Assembly: GCA_039980135.1 (NCBI GenBank)
Contig: JBDXCV010000009.1
Location: 131,854 to 195,853 of the forward strand
Length of the DNA: 64,000 bases
DNA from: Alphaproteobacteria bacterium
GTDB taxonomy: Bacteria > Pseudomonadota > Alphaproteobacteria > UBA6615
Direction of reading: 5' to 3'
Shown here: positions 40,049 through 49,550 of the stretch, piece after piece
How the letters are laid out: every line of letters begins with the position of its first letter
Position numbering within the stretch: the stretch's first letter is position 1
The notes under the pieces: generated by a model
The model's database searches: none
Told to the model about the DNA's origin: nothing
The model's input: only the letters and a program-made list of their open reading frames with translations
Translations under genes and position numbers: made by a program

Positions 40049-40675
40049 TCACGCGTTCGGCTTTTTCGCAACGACGAACGTCGCCTTGCCCCTTCCGGGT
40101 TGCCATCGGTGATCGATCTCGAAGCCGGCTTCCATGAGGCCGGTTACGAGCTCCTGCGGTGCAAACACCCTGACAATCGGCAACAAGCCGATGAATTCCC
40201 CGATCGGGCCGATAAACTTGAACCACTTCATGGTCTCGCCAAGGCACACGGTGCTGCTCACAAACACGCCCCCCGGCCGGAGCGTCCGGAAAACCCGGCG
40301 GATGACGTCGTCCCTGTTGCGCACAAGATGAAGAATGCTGTGCCCCATGACGACATCGAAGCTCTCTTCCGGCATATCCAGCGTATCGATCGCCGCAACG
40401 GCGAAATCGACATTCGAAACTTCGGCGGCGTCCGCCTTGGCCCGGGCGATCTCGATCATCTTCGGTGAAATATCGGTCGCCCGAATATGCTTTACCAAGG
40501 TCGCATGCACGAGCGCGGTCGATCCCGTGCCACAGCCGAATTCCAACACCTCCAAATCGGGGCGAAGATACGCCCGCGTGATCTCTAATTTTTTCTGATA
40601 GGAGGCTTCGTCACTGACCGGGCTTTTCGCGTATCTCGCGGCGTGCCGGTCCCAGAAGCGGCTGTCGTTTTTCAT
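40049..40675 (-). CDS. class I SAM-dependent methyltransferase
   Basis: Motif I (LEFGCGTGS) and the post-I acidic residue. Confidence 0.8.
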   Translation of the reverse strand: MKNDSRFWDRHAARYAKSPVSDEASYQKKLEITRAYLRPDLEVLEFGCGTGSTALVHATLVKHIRATDISPKMIEIARAKADAAEVSNVDFAVAAIDTLDMPEESFDVVMGHSILHLVRNRDDVIRRVFRTLRPGGVFVSSTVCLGETMKWFKFIGPIGEFIGLLPIVRVFAPQELVTGLMEAGFEIDHRWQPGRGKATFVVAKKPNA

Positions 40676-40772
40676 CGTCTGACCTTAAGGCAAGTGTTCG
40701 AGACGGCGGATGTACCCATACTTTGATCGAATATAAATTGCCTAATTTCGTTCTTTATATATACATATATGC

Positions 40773-41696
40773 ATGAATTGGCAGGCCATTTCGTTCGACT
40801 GGAACCAGGCACGCGCATTTCTCGCGACGGCAGAGGAAGGATCGTTGTCTGCGGCCGCGCGGGCGCTCGGACAGACCCAGCCGACCCTCAGCCGGCAGGT
40901 TGCCGCGCTAGAGAGAAATCTCGGTGTGACTCTGTTCGAGCGGGTCGGGCGTTCGCTTACAGCGACCCAATCGGGGCTGGAGTTGCTCGACCATGTACGC
41001 GCGATGGGTGCGGCGGCCAGCGACGTCTCACTCGCGGCAACCGGCCAGTCTGAGGCGATCGAGGGCGAGGTTTGTATTTCGGCGACCGACGTCATGTCGG
41101 CCTATCTCCTGCCGCCACTGCTTGCTCCCCTGCGGGAAGACGCACCGGGTATCCGGATCGAAGTGGTCGCCTCCAATGTGGTCAGCGATCTGCACCGGCG
41201 CGAGGCCGATATCGCCATCCGGCATGTTCGACCCGACCAACCCGACCTGATCGCAAAGCTGATAGGAGAAACAACCGGCCACCTCTATGCGTCACGCAAC
41301 TATCTTGACCGAGCCGGGCGTCCAGGCTCTCCCGAAGACCTGACGGATGCGGCGTTTATCGGTGTCGGGTCCACAAATCAGCTCATCGCGATCCTGAACG
41401 GAAGCGGCCTGGAGCTGAGCGAAGCGAATTTCGGCGTTTTCACGAGTAGCGGCGTTGTCGCCTGGGAGCTGGCGAAACAGGGTCTTGGCATCTGCATGAT
41501 GGCAAAGGATGTGGCGGCGCTTACGCCCGAAATGGAATGCGTGCTGCCGGAGCTTGGCCCGTTCCAGTTCCCGATTTGGCTGGTGACCCATCGCGAGTTG
41601 CACACCAGCAGGCGCATCCGGCTCGTATTTGACTATCTGGCCGACGCCTTCTCCCGCAACTCAGGATACACCTCACCCAATCGGGATCCGGGGTAA
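40773..41696 (+). CDS. LysR-family transcriptional regulator
   Basis: N-terminal wHTH (ARAFLATAEEGSLSAAARALGQTQPTLSRQVAALE) plus a LysR substrate-binding domain. Confidence 0.85.
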   Translation: MNWQAISFDWNQARAFLATAEEGSLSAAARALGQTQPTLSRQVAALERNLGVTLFERVGRSLTATQSGLELLDHVRAMGAAASDVSLAATGQSEAIEGEVCISATDVMSAYLLPPLLAPLREDAPGIRIEVVASNVVSDLHRREADIAIRHVRPDQPDLIAKLIGETTGHLYASRNYLDRAGRPGSPEDLTDAAFIGVGSTNQLIAILNGSGLELSEANFGVFTSSGVVAWELAKQGLGICMMAKDVAALTPEMECVLPELGPFQFPIWLVTHRELHTSRRIRLVFDYLADAFSRNSGYTSPNRDPG

Positions 41697-42397
41697 AACG
41701 CTTCCTCGAAGGACGGGCGGCCCTTGATACGCGCGAACCAGTCGGTGACGGCGGGGGCGTCGTCCCACATATCCGACAGGCTCAGTTCCTCCATTCGCTC
41801 GAACAATGGCGCCAAGCAGATATCGGCGATGGTGAATTGCGCCCCGATCAGCCACGGGCCCTCCCGGGTCAGCGCCTCTTCCATGCGCTCGACGGTGGCG
41901 CGCAGCTGGAGCATGGAATTTTCATACTCGTCGTCATTGAAGCCGGTTTGGTTCATGCGCATGAAGAAATCGCGGCGCAACGTGTTTGAATCCCGAAACG
42001 CTGCATACTCTTCCTCGCTCATCTCCTTGAACCGGTCGAGGAACACGTTCTGGAAAGACGGGACGCGCACCGCCATCGACGGCACCTCGTCGATGAAACG
42101 CAGCCAGGCCCGCATCTCGGCACGTTTCTTGGGATCGTCGGGCGACAGCCTCGGCACATCGGGCCAGACCTCGTCCAGATACTCGCACATCACCGTCGAC
42201 TCGATGATCGGCGTGCCGTCATGAACGAAGGCGGGGACCACGCCGTTGGGATTGATGGCCATATATTCTGGTGCCAGGTTCCCGCGCGTCGAGAAATCAA
42301 CCGGGCGGCTGACCCACTCGATTCCCTTCTCGGCCAGGCAGATACGCACCTTCTGGCTGCAGGTCGAATGAGCCGCGTGATAGAGCTCGAGAGCCAT
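41633..42397 (-). CDS. glutathione S-transferase family protein
   Basis: Thioredoxin-like N-domain and GST C-domain. Paralog of 45604–46419. Confidence 0.8.
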   Translation of the reverse strand: MALELYHAAHSTCSQKVRICLAEKGIEWVSRPVDFSTRGNLAPEYMAINPNGVVPAFVHDGTPIIESTVMCEYLDEVWPDVPRLSPDDPKKRAEMRAWLRFIDEVPSMAVRVPSFQNVFLDRFKEMSEEEYAAFRDSNTLRRDFFMRMNQTGFNDDEYENSMLQLRATVERMEEALTREGPWLIGAQFTIADICLAPLFERMEELSLSDMWDDAPAVTDWFARIKGRPSFEEAFYPGSRLGEVYPELREKASAR

Positions 42398-42408
42398 AGT
42401 AACTGCCC

Positions 42409-43446
42409 CTATTCGGCGGCTTTGGCCGCCGCGTCATCGTCGCCGTCAGCAAAGGCCGGGATGATCTCCTTCGAAAAGGCCCGCAGCCCCTCGATGCCAG
42501 AGCCGCCATCGGAAAAGAGCATGTACTTCACGCCCGCCTGCCGGAAACGTTCGACCTTCTCCGCGATCTCGTCGATCGTGCCGAAAAATGCCGCCTCCGC
42601 CGTCGTCTGGACGCTGTCGTCATAGGACATGATCGACGCCTTGTTGCTGCCATCCGGTTTCTGGGCGAGATTGTCGACCCGGCGTCGGGCCGCAATACGC
42701 CGCTCGATTGCGGCATCGCGGTCCGCCGCGTCCTTGGCGACATAGAGCCCGCGCGCCACGCCGACATTGCTGGCATTGAAGGTGCCACCCCCGGCCTCGA
42801 TCGCCGTACGATAGGTCTCGACCCGCTCGATTGTCGCGTCGACCGAGGCAAACTGGTCGAGCAAGAGATTGTAACCGCGTTCCGCCACCTTCGTGATCGA
42901 CGCCGGGCTGCCCGCGCCCATCCAGAACGGCGGGTGGGGCTGCTGCGCCGTCGGCGGCTCGACAATGACATCCTCGAACGACCAGAAATCACCTTCATAG
43001 GTCCAGGGATCATCCTCGGTGAAGGACCTGGTCAGAATCTTGAGAGATTCCTCGAACCGGCCCTCGGCATCCTCCATCGGAATCCGGAAACCCTTGAACT
43101 CGTTGAAGCGGTAGCCCTTGCCGACGCCGAAGTCGAAACGCCCGCCGGACAGGAGGTCCAGGGTCGCGACCTGTTCCGCCAGAAGCACCGGGTTATGCCA
43201 GGGCAGCACCAATACAGCGGTCCCGAGGCGGATCGTCGACGTGCGCGCCGCCAAATAGGTCAGCAGGTTGACCGTTGCCGACACCTGACCGAAGCCCGTG
43301 AAATGGTGCTCCACGGCAAAGGTGCTGTGGAAGCCGAGTTGTTCGGCCTCGACATTGAAATCGAGCCAGTCGTTATAGCCCTTGGCACTGTCGACGTCAG
43401 GCCCGCCGCGTTTTGCCTGGGCGCTTCCGAAAAGGCCGAACTTCAT
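42409..43446 (-). CDS. LLM-class (luciferase-like) flavin-dependent oxidoreductase
   Basis: MKFGLF… TIM-barrel LLM N-terminus. 345 aa. Confidence 0.8.
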   Translation of the reverse strand: MKFGLFGSAQAKRGGPDVDSAKGYNDWLDFNVEAEQLGFHSTFAVEHHFTGFGQVSATVNLLTYLAARTSTIRLGTAVLVLPWHNPVLLAEQVATLDLLSGGRFDFGVGKGYRFNEFKGFRIPMEDAEGRFEESLKILTRSFTEDDPWTYEGDFWSFEDVIVEPPTAQQPHPPFWMGAGSPASITKVAERGYNLLLDQFASVDATIERVETYRTAIEAGGGTFNASNVGVARGLYVAKDAADRDAAIERRIAARRRVDNLAQKPDGSNKASIMSYDDSVQTTAEAAFFGTIDEIAEKVERFRQAGVKYMLFSDGGSGIEGLRAFSKEIIPAFADGDDDAAAKAAE

Positions 43447-43602
43447 GCGATTTCTCCATTAAACCAGATGCAAAATATCATGCCCGAACGCATACTGGAC
43501 TGGCGACAGACAATCGTCTCGACATGTGAGAAGGATGAAATGTCGCCGGCCAATTCATCCGCATTCACGCGATGATAAATAAACTCTCGGGGGAAAAGCA
43601 GA

Positions 43603-44559
43603 ATGTTGAATGTTGCATTGATCGGGCTTGGCTGGTGGGGACAGAACCACATCCGAGCACATGAGAATAGCGAGAAGATTCGTATCGATACGGTCGTGGA
43701 CCTGGACCCGGATCTCTCAAAGAAAACCGCCGATACGATCGGCGCGCGAACCGCACCGAGCTACGAAGCCGTTCTGGCCGACGACGCGATCGACGCGGTG
43801 ATTTTGGTTACGCCGCACTCCCTGCACACCGACCAGATTGTCGCCGGCGCCGCCGCAGGCAAGCACATCTTTACAGAAAAGCCTTTCGCCCTGTCGAAGT
43901 CCGAAGCCGAGCGCGCCGTCGCGGCCGCGGAGGCTGCCGGCATCATGCTCGGGCTTGGCCACAATCAGCGCTACGGCGGCCCGCAGACCGTGATCAAGGA
44001 CATGATCGACGCCGGCGAGCTGGGCGAGATCATGCACATGGAGGGGAACACGTCCCACGACAGCCTCTCCGGTGCGCACGCATGGCGCCACAATGTCGAC
44101 GAAGCTCCCGGCGGCGGCCTCTGGCACATGGGCAGCCATTTTCTCGACCTGTTCCAGCACTATGTCGGCCCGATCGAGGGGGTCTATGCCCAGGCTCTGG
44201 ACGTGGTCATTCCCCGGGACACGGCATCGGCGCTGCTGACCTTCGAATGCGGCGCATCCGCCTATATCGGCAATGTCATGGTCACCAGCGACAATCGCAT
44301 GGGCAATGTCTTCGGCACCAAGGGTTGGGCGAAAGTCGCCAGCCCGGCGAGCCTGCTGGTCTCCATGCGCGGGGAAGAGCCCAAAACCATCGAACTGGAT
44401 CCCGTCAATCCGGTCCGCGCCAACATGGAAGGGTTCGCCGACGCCATCGCCGGCATCGCCCCATACCGGTTCACGAACGATCAGATGATCCACGATGTCG
44501 CCACGCTCGACGCGATGGCGCTGTCGATCAAATCCGGAAAGCGTGAACCGGTCGCCTGA
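43603..44559 (+). CDS. Gfo/Idh/MocA-family oxidoreductase
   Basis: N-terminal Rossmann motif (ALIGLGWWGQNH) and an EKP motif. Confidence 0.8.
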   Translation: MLNVALIGLGWWGQNHIRAHENSEKIRIDTVVDLDPDLSKKTADTIGARTAPSYEAVLADDAIDAVILVTPHSLHTDQIVAGAAAGKHIFTEKPFALSKSEAERAVAAAEAAGIMLGLGHNQRYGGPQTVIKDMIDAGELGEIMHMEGNTSHDSLSGAHAWRHNVDEAPGGGLWHMGSHFLDLFQHYVGPIEGVYAQALDVVIPRDTASALLTFECGASAYIGNVMVTSDNRMGNVFGTKGWAKVASPASLLVSMRGEEPKTIELDPVNPVRANMEGFADAIAGIAPYRFTNDQMIHDVATLDAMALSIKSGKREPVA

Positions 44560-44599
44560 GGGTAGTACGGTTCAAGGCGATAAACGCGGGGAAGAAAGC

Positions 44600-45592
44600 A
44601 TGATCAATGCAGCAATCGTGGGGCTCGGCTGGTGGGGCCAGAACCATGTCACGGCCACGAAGGGTTCGGACAAGATCCGGTTCACCCGCGCGGTCGATCT
44701 GGCGCCGGAAAACGTCCAGGGCTTCTGCGACGAGCATGAACTGACCCTGACGGCCGACTATGCGGATGCGCTGAACGACCGCGACATCGACGCCGTTGTG
44801 CTGGTCACGCCCCACAGCCAGCATACCGACCAGATTGTCGCCGGGGCCGCAGCCGGCAAGCATGTGCTGACCGAAAAGCCGTTTGCGCTCGAGAAGGCCG
44901 AAGGTCTGCGCGCCGCAAACGCCATGAAGGATGCCGGCCTGACCCTGGGGATCGGCCACAATTACCGCTACGGCCCCGCCGTGCAGGAAATCAAGCGGAT
45001 CATCGAGTCCGGTGATCTGGGCGACATCCACCATATCGAGGCCAATCTCAGCCATCAGGGCCAGATCGGCATCGAAGGCTGGCGGCGCGCGAACAAGGAG
45101 GCACCGACGGGCGGCATCGTGCATTTCGGCGCGCATATGATCGATATCATGTGCTGGTATGGCGGCCCGATGCGCGAGGTCTATGGCCAGCTCGCGACCC
45201 ACATCCTCGACAACGATGTGGGCTCCGTTCTGGTGAAGTTCGAATCCGGCATCACCGGTTATCTGGCCAACCTGATGACGACGCCCGCCACCATGCATCT
45301 CCATGTGATGGGATCAAAGGGCTGGGCCCGGGCCAACGGCTGGATGGACACGACGAAAGTCACGACATGCTTCGGCGCCGGCACGCCGGAGGAATCAGGC
45401 GGCTTCGCGAACGAGATCGAGTTACCCGAGCGCAGCATCTACACCCAGATCAGGCTCAACGACGAAAACTTCGCCGCCGCGTGCGTGGGCGAAGAAACCT
45501 ATCTGTTCACGCCCGACGAGATGGCCCACACCGCCGCGATCCACGAGGCGATCGCCAAGTCGGCCGCCAGCGGGCAGCCAACCCAGGTCTGA
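44600..45592 (+). CDS. Gfo/Idh/MocA-family oxidoreductase, tandem paralog
   Basis: AIVGLGWWGQNH. Collinear with 43603–44559. ATG at 44600. The ORF track extends upstream to 44495. Confidence 0.8.
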   Translation: MINAAIVGLGWWGQNHVTATKGSDKIRFTRAVDLAPENVQGFCDEHELTLTADYADALNDRDIDAVVLVTPHSQHTDQIVAGAAAGKHVLTEKPFALEKAEGLRAANAMKDAGLTLGIGHNYRYGPAVQEIKRIIESGDLGDIHHIEANLSHQGQIGIEGWRRANKEAPTGGIVHFGAHMIDIMCWYGGPMREVYGQLATHILDNDVGSVLVKFESGITGYLANLMTTPATMHLHVMGSKGWARANGWMDTTKVTTCFGAGTPEESGGFANEIELPERSIYTQIRLNDENFAAACVGEETYLFTPDEMAHTAAIHEAIAKSAASGQPTQV

Positions 45593-45603
45593 GAGTAGAC
45601 ACC

Positions 45604-46419
45604 ATGATCACGCTCTATCAGTTCGGCAACTCGGTCTGCGCCCAGAAGGTACGGATCACCCTTTTCGAGAAAGGCCTCGAATGGGAGCCGCGGGAGGTCA
45701 ATCTGTTCAAGAGCGAGCAGTATTCGCCGGCGTATCTGAAGCTGAACCCGAAGGGCGTCGTGCCGACCCTGATCCATGAGAGCCGCCCGATCTGCGAATC
45801 CACCCTGATCTGTGAATATCTCGACGAGGTCTACCCGGACCCCAAGCTCACGCCCGACGACCCCTATGATCGCAGCCAGATGCGCATCTGGAGCAAGATG
45901 GTCGATGAGGGCCTGCACGAAGGCACGACCGAGATCAGCTTCTCCGCCATGTTCCGCGAGAAAATGAAATCCCTTTCGCCCGAAGAACGCGAAAAGCGAC
46001 TGCACAATATCGGCGATCCCCGGCGGCGCATGCGTTTTACATCGACCTACGAGGACGGGGTGGAATCCCCGTTCGTCCTGCATGCCATCGCGGCCTACGA
46101 GAAGATGTTCAAGACCCTGGATGAAACGCTCGGCGACGGCCGCGACTGGATCTTCGGCGATCGCTACACCCTGGCCGATATCAACATCATGCCCTACGCC
46201 GCGCGGATGGTTTACCTCGGCCTGTTCGACGTCTGGAACGATGACCGGCCGCGGGTCCAGGCCTGGTGGGAGCGCGCCAGCGCGCTGCCGAGTTTCAGGG
46301 ACGGGATACGCGACCGGCTTACGGCCCAGGAACTCTCCGACATGGAGACCTACGGGCCGACCATCCGGGATCGCCTGCGCGAACTTCGTGCCGAGCATGT
46401 CGCGCAGCTGCTGCACTGA
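45604..46419 (+). CDS. glutathione S-transferase family protein, paralog
   Basis: MITLYQFGNSVCAQKVRITLFEKGLEW is clearly homologous to the N-terminus of the 41633–42397 protein. ATG at 45604. Confidence 0.8.
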   Translation: MITLYQFGNSVCAQKVRITLFEKGLEWEPREVNLFKSEQYSPAYLKLNPKGVVPTLIHESRPICESTLICEYLDEVYPDPKLTPDDPYDRSQMRIWSKMVDEGLHEGTTEISFSAMFREKMKSLSPEEREKRLHNIGDPRRRMRFTSTYEDGVESPFVLHAIAAYEKMFKTLDETLGDGRDWIFGDRYTLADINIMPYAARMVYLGLFDVWNDDRPRVQAWWERASALPSFRDGIRDRLTAQELSDMETYGPTIRDRLRELRAEHVAQLLH

Positions 46420-46424
46420 CCGCT

Positions 46425-46494
46425 TCGGGGGGTTTGAATCCCGCCCCTGCATTCCTGGTTAAATGCCGGTAGGGGCGGGTCTTTGACCCGCCCG
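46425..46494. terminator. pair of family B GC-rich hairpins downstream of GST gene
   Basis: CGGGGGGTTTGAATCCCGCCCC and GGGGCGGGTCTTTGACCCGCCCG. No U-tract, so a role as a rho-independent terminator is tentative. Confidence 0.45.
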
Positions 46495-46555
46495 TGGATC
46501 CGGACAACCAACGAACGTTCTCCGAAAACCTTGCCGGTTTTGCATTTTCTTATTT

Positions 46556-46569
46556 GTAGCTATAGCTAC
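46556..46569. promoter_or_regulatory. perfect 14-bp palindrome GTAGCTATAGCTAC upstream of MCO–ZIP–mntR operon; candidate DtxR/MntR-type operator
   Basis: Exact palindrome. Half-sites resemble the TAGC-containing DtxR/IdeR-type boxes. Lies about 25 bp upstream of a putative -35 TTGACC (46593–46598) and -10 TTAACT (46616–46621). Confidence 0.45.
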
Positions 46570-46667
46570 ATTTTGTTGTGTGTCTTGAATAGTTGACCAC
46601 AGGCATATAACGCGCTTAACTCCGCCGCACACGCCGGAAGCTGGCACCCTGGTCAGGTTGGACGACA

Positions 46668-47750
46668 ATGATTTCGCGTATTTTGCAATCGGTGACGAAC
46701 CGGCGCGCCTTTCTGGGCGCAAGTGCCGCGTTGCCCCTGGCGCCGATCCTGGCAGGGTCCGGAATCGACACCGCGCAGGCCCAGTCACCGGGCTCTGTCC
46801 ATGCCGGCAGCCATCTGGACGGCATGACGACCGTCGGCAATGTCGATCACGTGCGCAATGGGTTCGACCCCCACGAGATTCTGAACGACTGGGATTTGGG
46901 CACGGTGACGACCGATGCCAACGGGCGGCGTGTGCGCGAATACGAGATCACCGCGGTCGATATCGAGATCGAGATCGCGCCCGGCATCTTCTTTCCCGCC
47001 TGGGCCTATAATGGCCGGGTGCCCGGCCCGACCATCCGCGCGGTCGAAGGCGAGTGGCTGCGGATCCACTTCACGAACGCGGGCAGTCACACCCATTCGA
47101 TCCATTTCCACGGCATCCACGCCGCCAGCATGGACGGGATCGCGGGCGCAGGCCTCGTGGGACCGGGCGAAAGCTTCACCTACGAGATGCCCGCCGAGCC
47201 CTTCGGCTGCCACCTGTATCACTGCCACGCGACGCCGTTGAAACGGCATGTCCACAAGGGCCTGTACGGCGCCTTCATCGTCGATCCCGATCCGGCGCGG
47301 CACCCGGAACATACCGATGTGGCGCGCGCGCGCCTGCTCGGGACGCCCGAGAACGACACCTGGCAGGAATTCGTCATGGTGATGAACGGTTTCGACACGA
47401 ATTTCGACGACGAGAACGAGATCTACGCGGCCAACACGGTCGCCCATGAGTATATGAAACGCCCGATCCAGGTGGACCGGGACCGCCCGATCCGGATTTA
47501 TCTGGTGAACATCACCGAGTTCGACCCCATCAACTCGTTCCATCTGCACGGAAATTTCTTCGACTATTACGACCATGGCACGACGCTGACGCCGACCCTC
47601 AGAACGGTTGATACGATCATGCAGTGCCAGGCCCAGCGCGGGATTCTCGAGATGTCCTTCGCGAACCACGAACCCGGCCGCTACATGTTCCACGCCCATC
47701 AGAGCGAGTTCGCCGAACTCGGCTGGATGAGTGTGTTCGAGGTGACGTGA
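46668..47750 (+). CDS. Tat-exported two-domain multicopper oxidase
   Basis: Twin-arginine signal (RRAFLGASAA). Cupredoxin HxH motifs (HTHSIHFHG, HCH, HLHG). About 360 aa. Confidence 0.75.
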   Translation: MISRILQSVTNRRAFLGASAALPLAPILAGSGIDTAQAQSPGSVHAGSHLDGMTTVGNVDHVRNGFDPHEILNDWDLGTVTTDANGRRVREYEITAVDIEIEIAPGIFFPAWAYNGRVPGPTIRAVEGEWLRIHFTNAGSHTHSIHFHGIHAASMDGIAGAGLVGPGESFTYEMPAEPFGCHLYHCHATPLKRHVHKGLYGAFIVDPDPARHPEHTDVARARLLGTPENDTWQEFVMVMNGFDTNFDDENEIYAANTVAHEYMKRPIQVDRDRPIRIYLVNITEFDPINSFHLHGNFFDYYDHGTTLTPTLRTVDTIMQCQAQRGILEMSFANHEPGRYMFHAHQSEFAELGWMSVFEVT

Positions 47751-48940
47751 TGATCCCCGCCTCCGCAGACCATAGCGTTGCAACGAAACGCGGCCTGGCC
47801 ATCGGCTTCCCGCTGTTTCTGCTGGCGCTGGTCGCGCTGGCCGTGACCCTGTTCGACCCGCTGGCGCGGTTTGGCACCGGCCTGCCGCCCGATGAAGGCC
47901 TCGCCATCGAGCGCGGCACGACCGAACCGAACGGGATCGAAGTCTGGGTCCGGGGCGACGGTCGCGACGATGTTTCCATCGCCCAGGTACAGGTCGACGG
48001 GGCCTACTGGAACTTCAAGCAGACCCCCGATGGCCCGCTCGGCCGGTTCGAGGGCGCGCTGATCGAAATTCCCTACCCCTGGGTCGCGGGCGACGCCCAT
48101 CACCTGACCTTCGTGACCAGCACCGGCACCACCTTCGGCTACTCGATCGACGTGGCACGCGACACGACGCCGTTCAGTCTCGGCGCGTTGTTCGACCTGG
48201 CGCTGCTCGGCCTGTTTGTCGGGGTCGTTCCCATCGCACTCGGGCTGGCCACGATCCCGATTCTGCGCCGCATGGGGACCGAAGGCATGGTCTTCGCCAT
48301 GGCGCTGACTGTCGGGCTTCTCGCCTTCCTGCTTGTGGACACGCTGGCCGAAGGGCTCGAACTCGCCGCGGAGGCGGCCGGCGCCTACCAGACCGACGTG
48401 ATCGTCTGGGTCGTCGCTGCCCTCACATTCGCGGCGCTGATGGCGCTCAGCCGGATCGGCGGACGCAAAGGCGGCACGGGCGGCATTGCACTGGCGACCT
48501 GGATGGCGCTCGGCATCGGGCTACATAATTTCGGCGAGGGCCTGTCGATCGGCACCGCGCTCATCCTGGGCAACGCGGCGCTGGGTAGTCTGTTGATCGT
48601 CGGGTTTACCGTCCACAACCTGACCGAGGGCATCGCCATCGCTGCGCCGGTCACCCGCAAGACACCCGGGCTCTGGATGTTCGTCGGCTGGACCGCGCTG
48701 GCCGGCCTTCCTGCCGTTGCCGGCGCGTGGATCGGTGCCTTCGCCTTCCTGCCCCACTGGGGTGCGATCTTCTTTGGAATCGCCGCGGGTGCCATTCTGC
48801 AGGTCATGGTCGAGGTCATCCGCTTCATCCTCGCGCTCGGGCGCGAGAGTACCGACAGCCTGTCCGGCGGGACCGCGTTTGCCGGTTTCGGCACAGGCGT
48901 GCTCGCCATGTACGCCACCGCCTTCCTCGTGCAGGTCTAG
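47750..48940 (+). CDS. ZIP-family divalent metal transporter with N-terminal extra-membrane domain
   Basis: C-terminal ZIP core (LHNFGEGLSIG…HNLTEGIAIA). N-terminal TM anchor plus a soluble domain of roughly 170 aa. ATGA overlap with the stop of the MCO gene. Confidence 0.7.
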   Translation: MIPASADHSVATKRGLAIGFPLFLLALVALAVTLFDPLARFGTGLPPDEGLAIERGTTEPNGIEVWVRGDGRDDVSIAQVQVDGAYWNFKQTPDGPLGRFEGALIEIPYPWVAGDAHHLTFVTSTGTTFGYSIDVARDTTPFSLGALFDLALLGLFVGVVPIALGLATIPILRRMGTEGMVFAMALTVGLLAFLLVDTLAEGLELAAEAAGAYQTDVIVWVVAALTFAALMALSRIGGRKGGTGGIALATWMALGIGLHNFGEGLSIGTALILGNAALGSLLIVGFTVHNLTEGIAIAAPVTRKTPGLWMFVGWTALAGLPAVAGAWIGAFAFLPHWGAIFFGIAAGAILQVMVEVIRFILALGRESTDSLSGGTAFAGFGTGVLAMYATAFLVQV

Positions 48941-48952
48941 AGGGCCGATCCG

Positions 48953-49432
48953 ATGGCCGAGCGCGGCAAGACCCTGACCACGGACGACGCGGCATCGGAC
49001 AGCGCCGACGAACTGATGGATGCGGACCGCCAGGCCGCCCAGTTCGAGCGGGTCCGCAACGCCCAGCAGACCGAGAAGGCCGAAGACTATGTCGAGATGA
49101 TCGACGATCTGATCAACGCCTATGGCGAGGCGCGGGTCACCGATCTGGCGCAGCGGTTCGGTGTGTCCCATGCCACGGTCAACAAGATCGTCAAGCGGCT
49201 CCAGCGCGACGGGCTGGTCACGTCACGCCCGTACCGGTCCATCTTCCTGACCGAGCAAGGCTCAGCGCTCGCCGACGCCTCGCGCAAACGCCACCAGATC
49301 GTGTTGAATTTCCTGCGCGCGATCGGGGTCAGCGCGCGCAACGCGGAGCTCGACGCCGAGGGCATCGAGCATTATGTCAGCGCCGAGACCCTGGCCGCCT
49401 TCGCGAAGATCACGTCCGACAGGGACGGGTGA
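48953..49432 (+). CDS. mntR: DtxR/MntR-family metal-dependent transcriptional repressor
   Basis: HTH (RVTDLAQRFGVSHATVNKIVKRLQRDGLV) plus the dimerisation/metal-binding region of DtxR-type repressors. Confidence 0.8.
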   Translation: MAERGKTLTTDDAASDSADELMDADRQAAQFERVRNAQQTEKAEDYVEMIDDLINAYGEARVTDLAQRFGVSHATVNKIVKRLQRDGLVTSRPYRSIFLTEQGSALADASRKRHQIVLNFLRAIGVSARNAELDAEGIEHYVSAETLAAFAKITSDRDG

Positions 49433-49444
49433 ACTCTCTCTAGT

Positions 49445-49530
49445 CGTCATGCCCGGACTTGATCCGGGCATCTCAGCTCGATTTCAGCCGCGGGGCGCAC
49501 GAGATACGCGGGTCAAGCCCGCGTATGACG
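49445..49530. repeat. family A element
   Basis: CGTCATGCCCGGACTTGATCCGGGCATCTCAG … CGAGATACGCGGGTCAAGCCCGCGTATGACG. Confidence 0.85.
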
Positions 49531-49550
49531 AACCGGGATAGACCGCCCGT

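Noticed and set aside
49262-49471. ORFs beginning MPGSSPGMT… (also 50575–50603 and 55171–55359)
   Set aside because: The peptide MPGSSPGMT is simply the translation of the family A repeat (ATGCCCGGATCAAGTCCGGGCATGAC). These are repeat-derived artifacts that also inflate N-termini of neighbouring gene calls.
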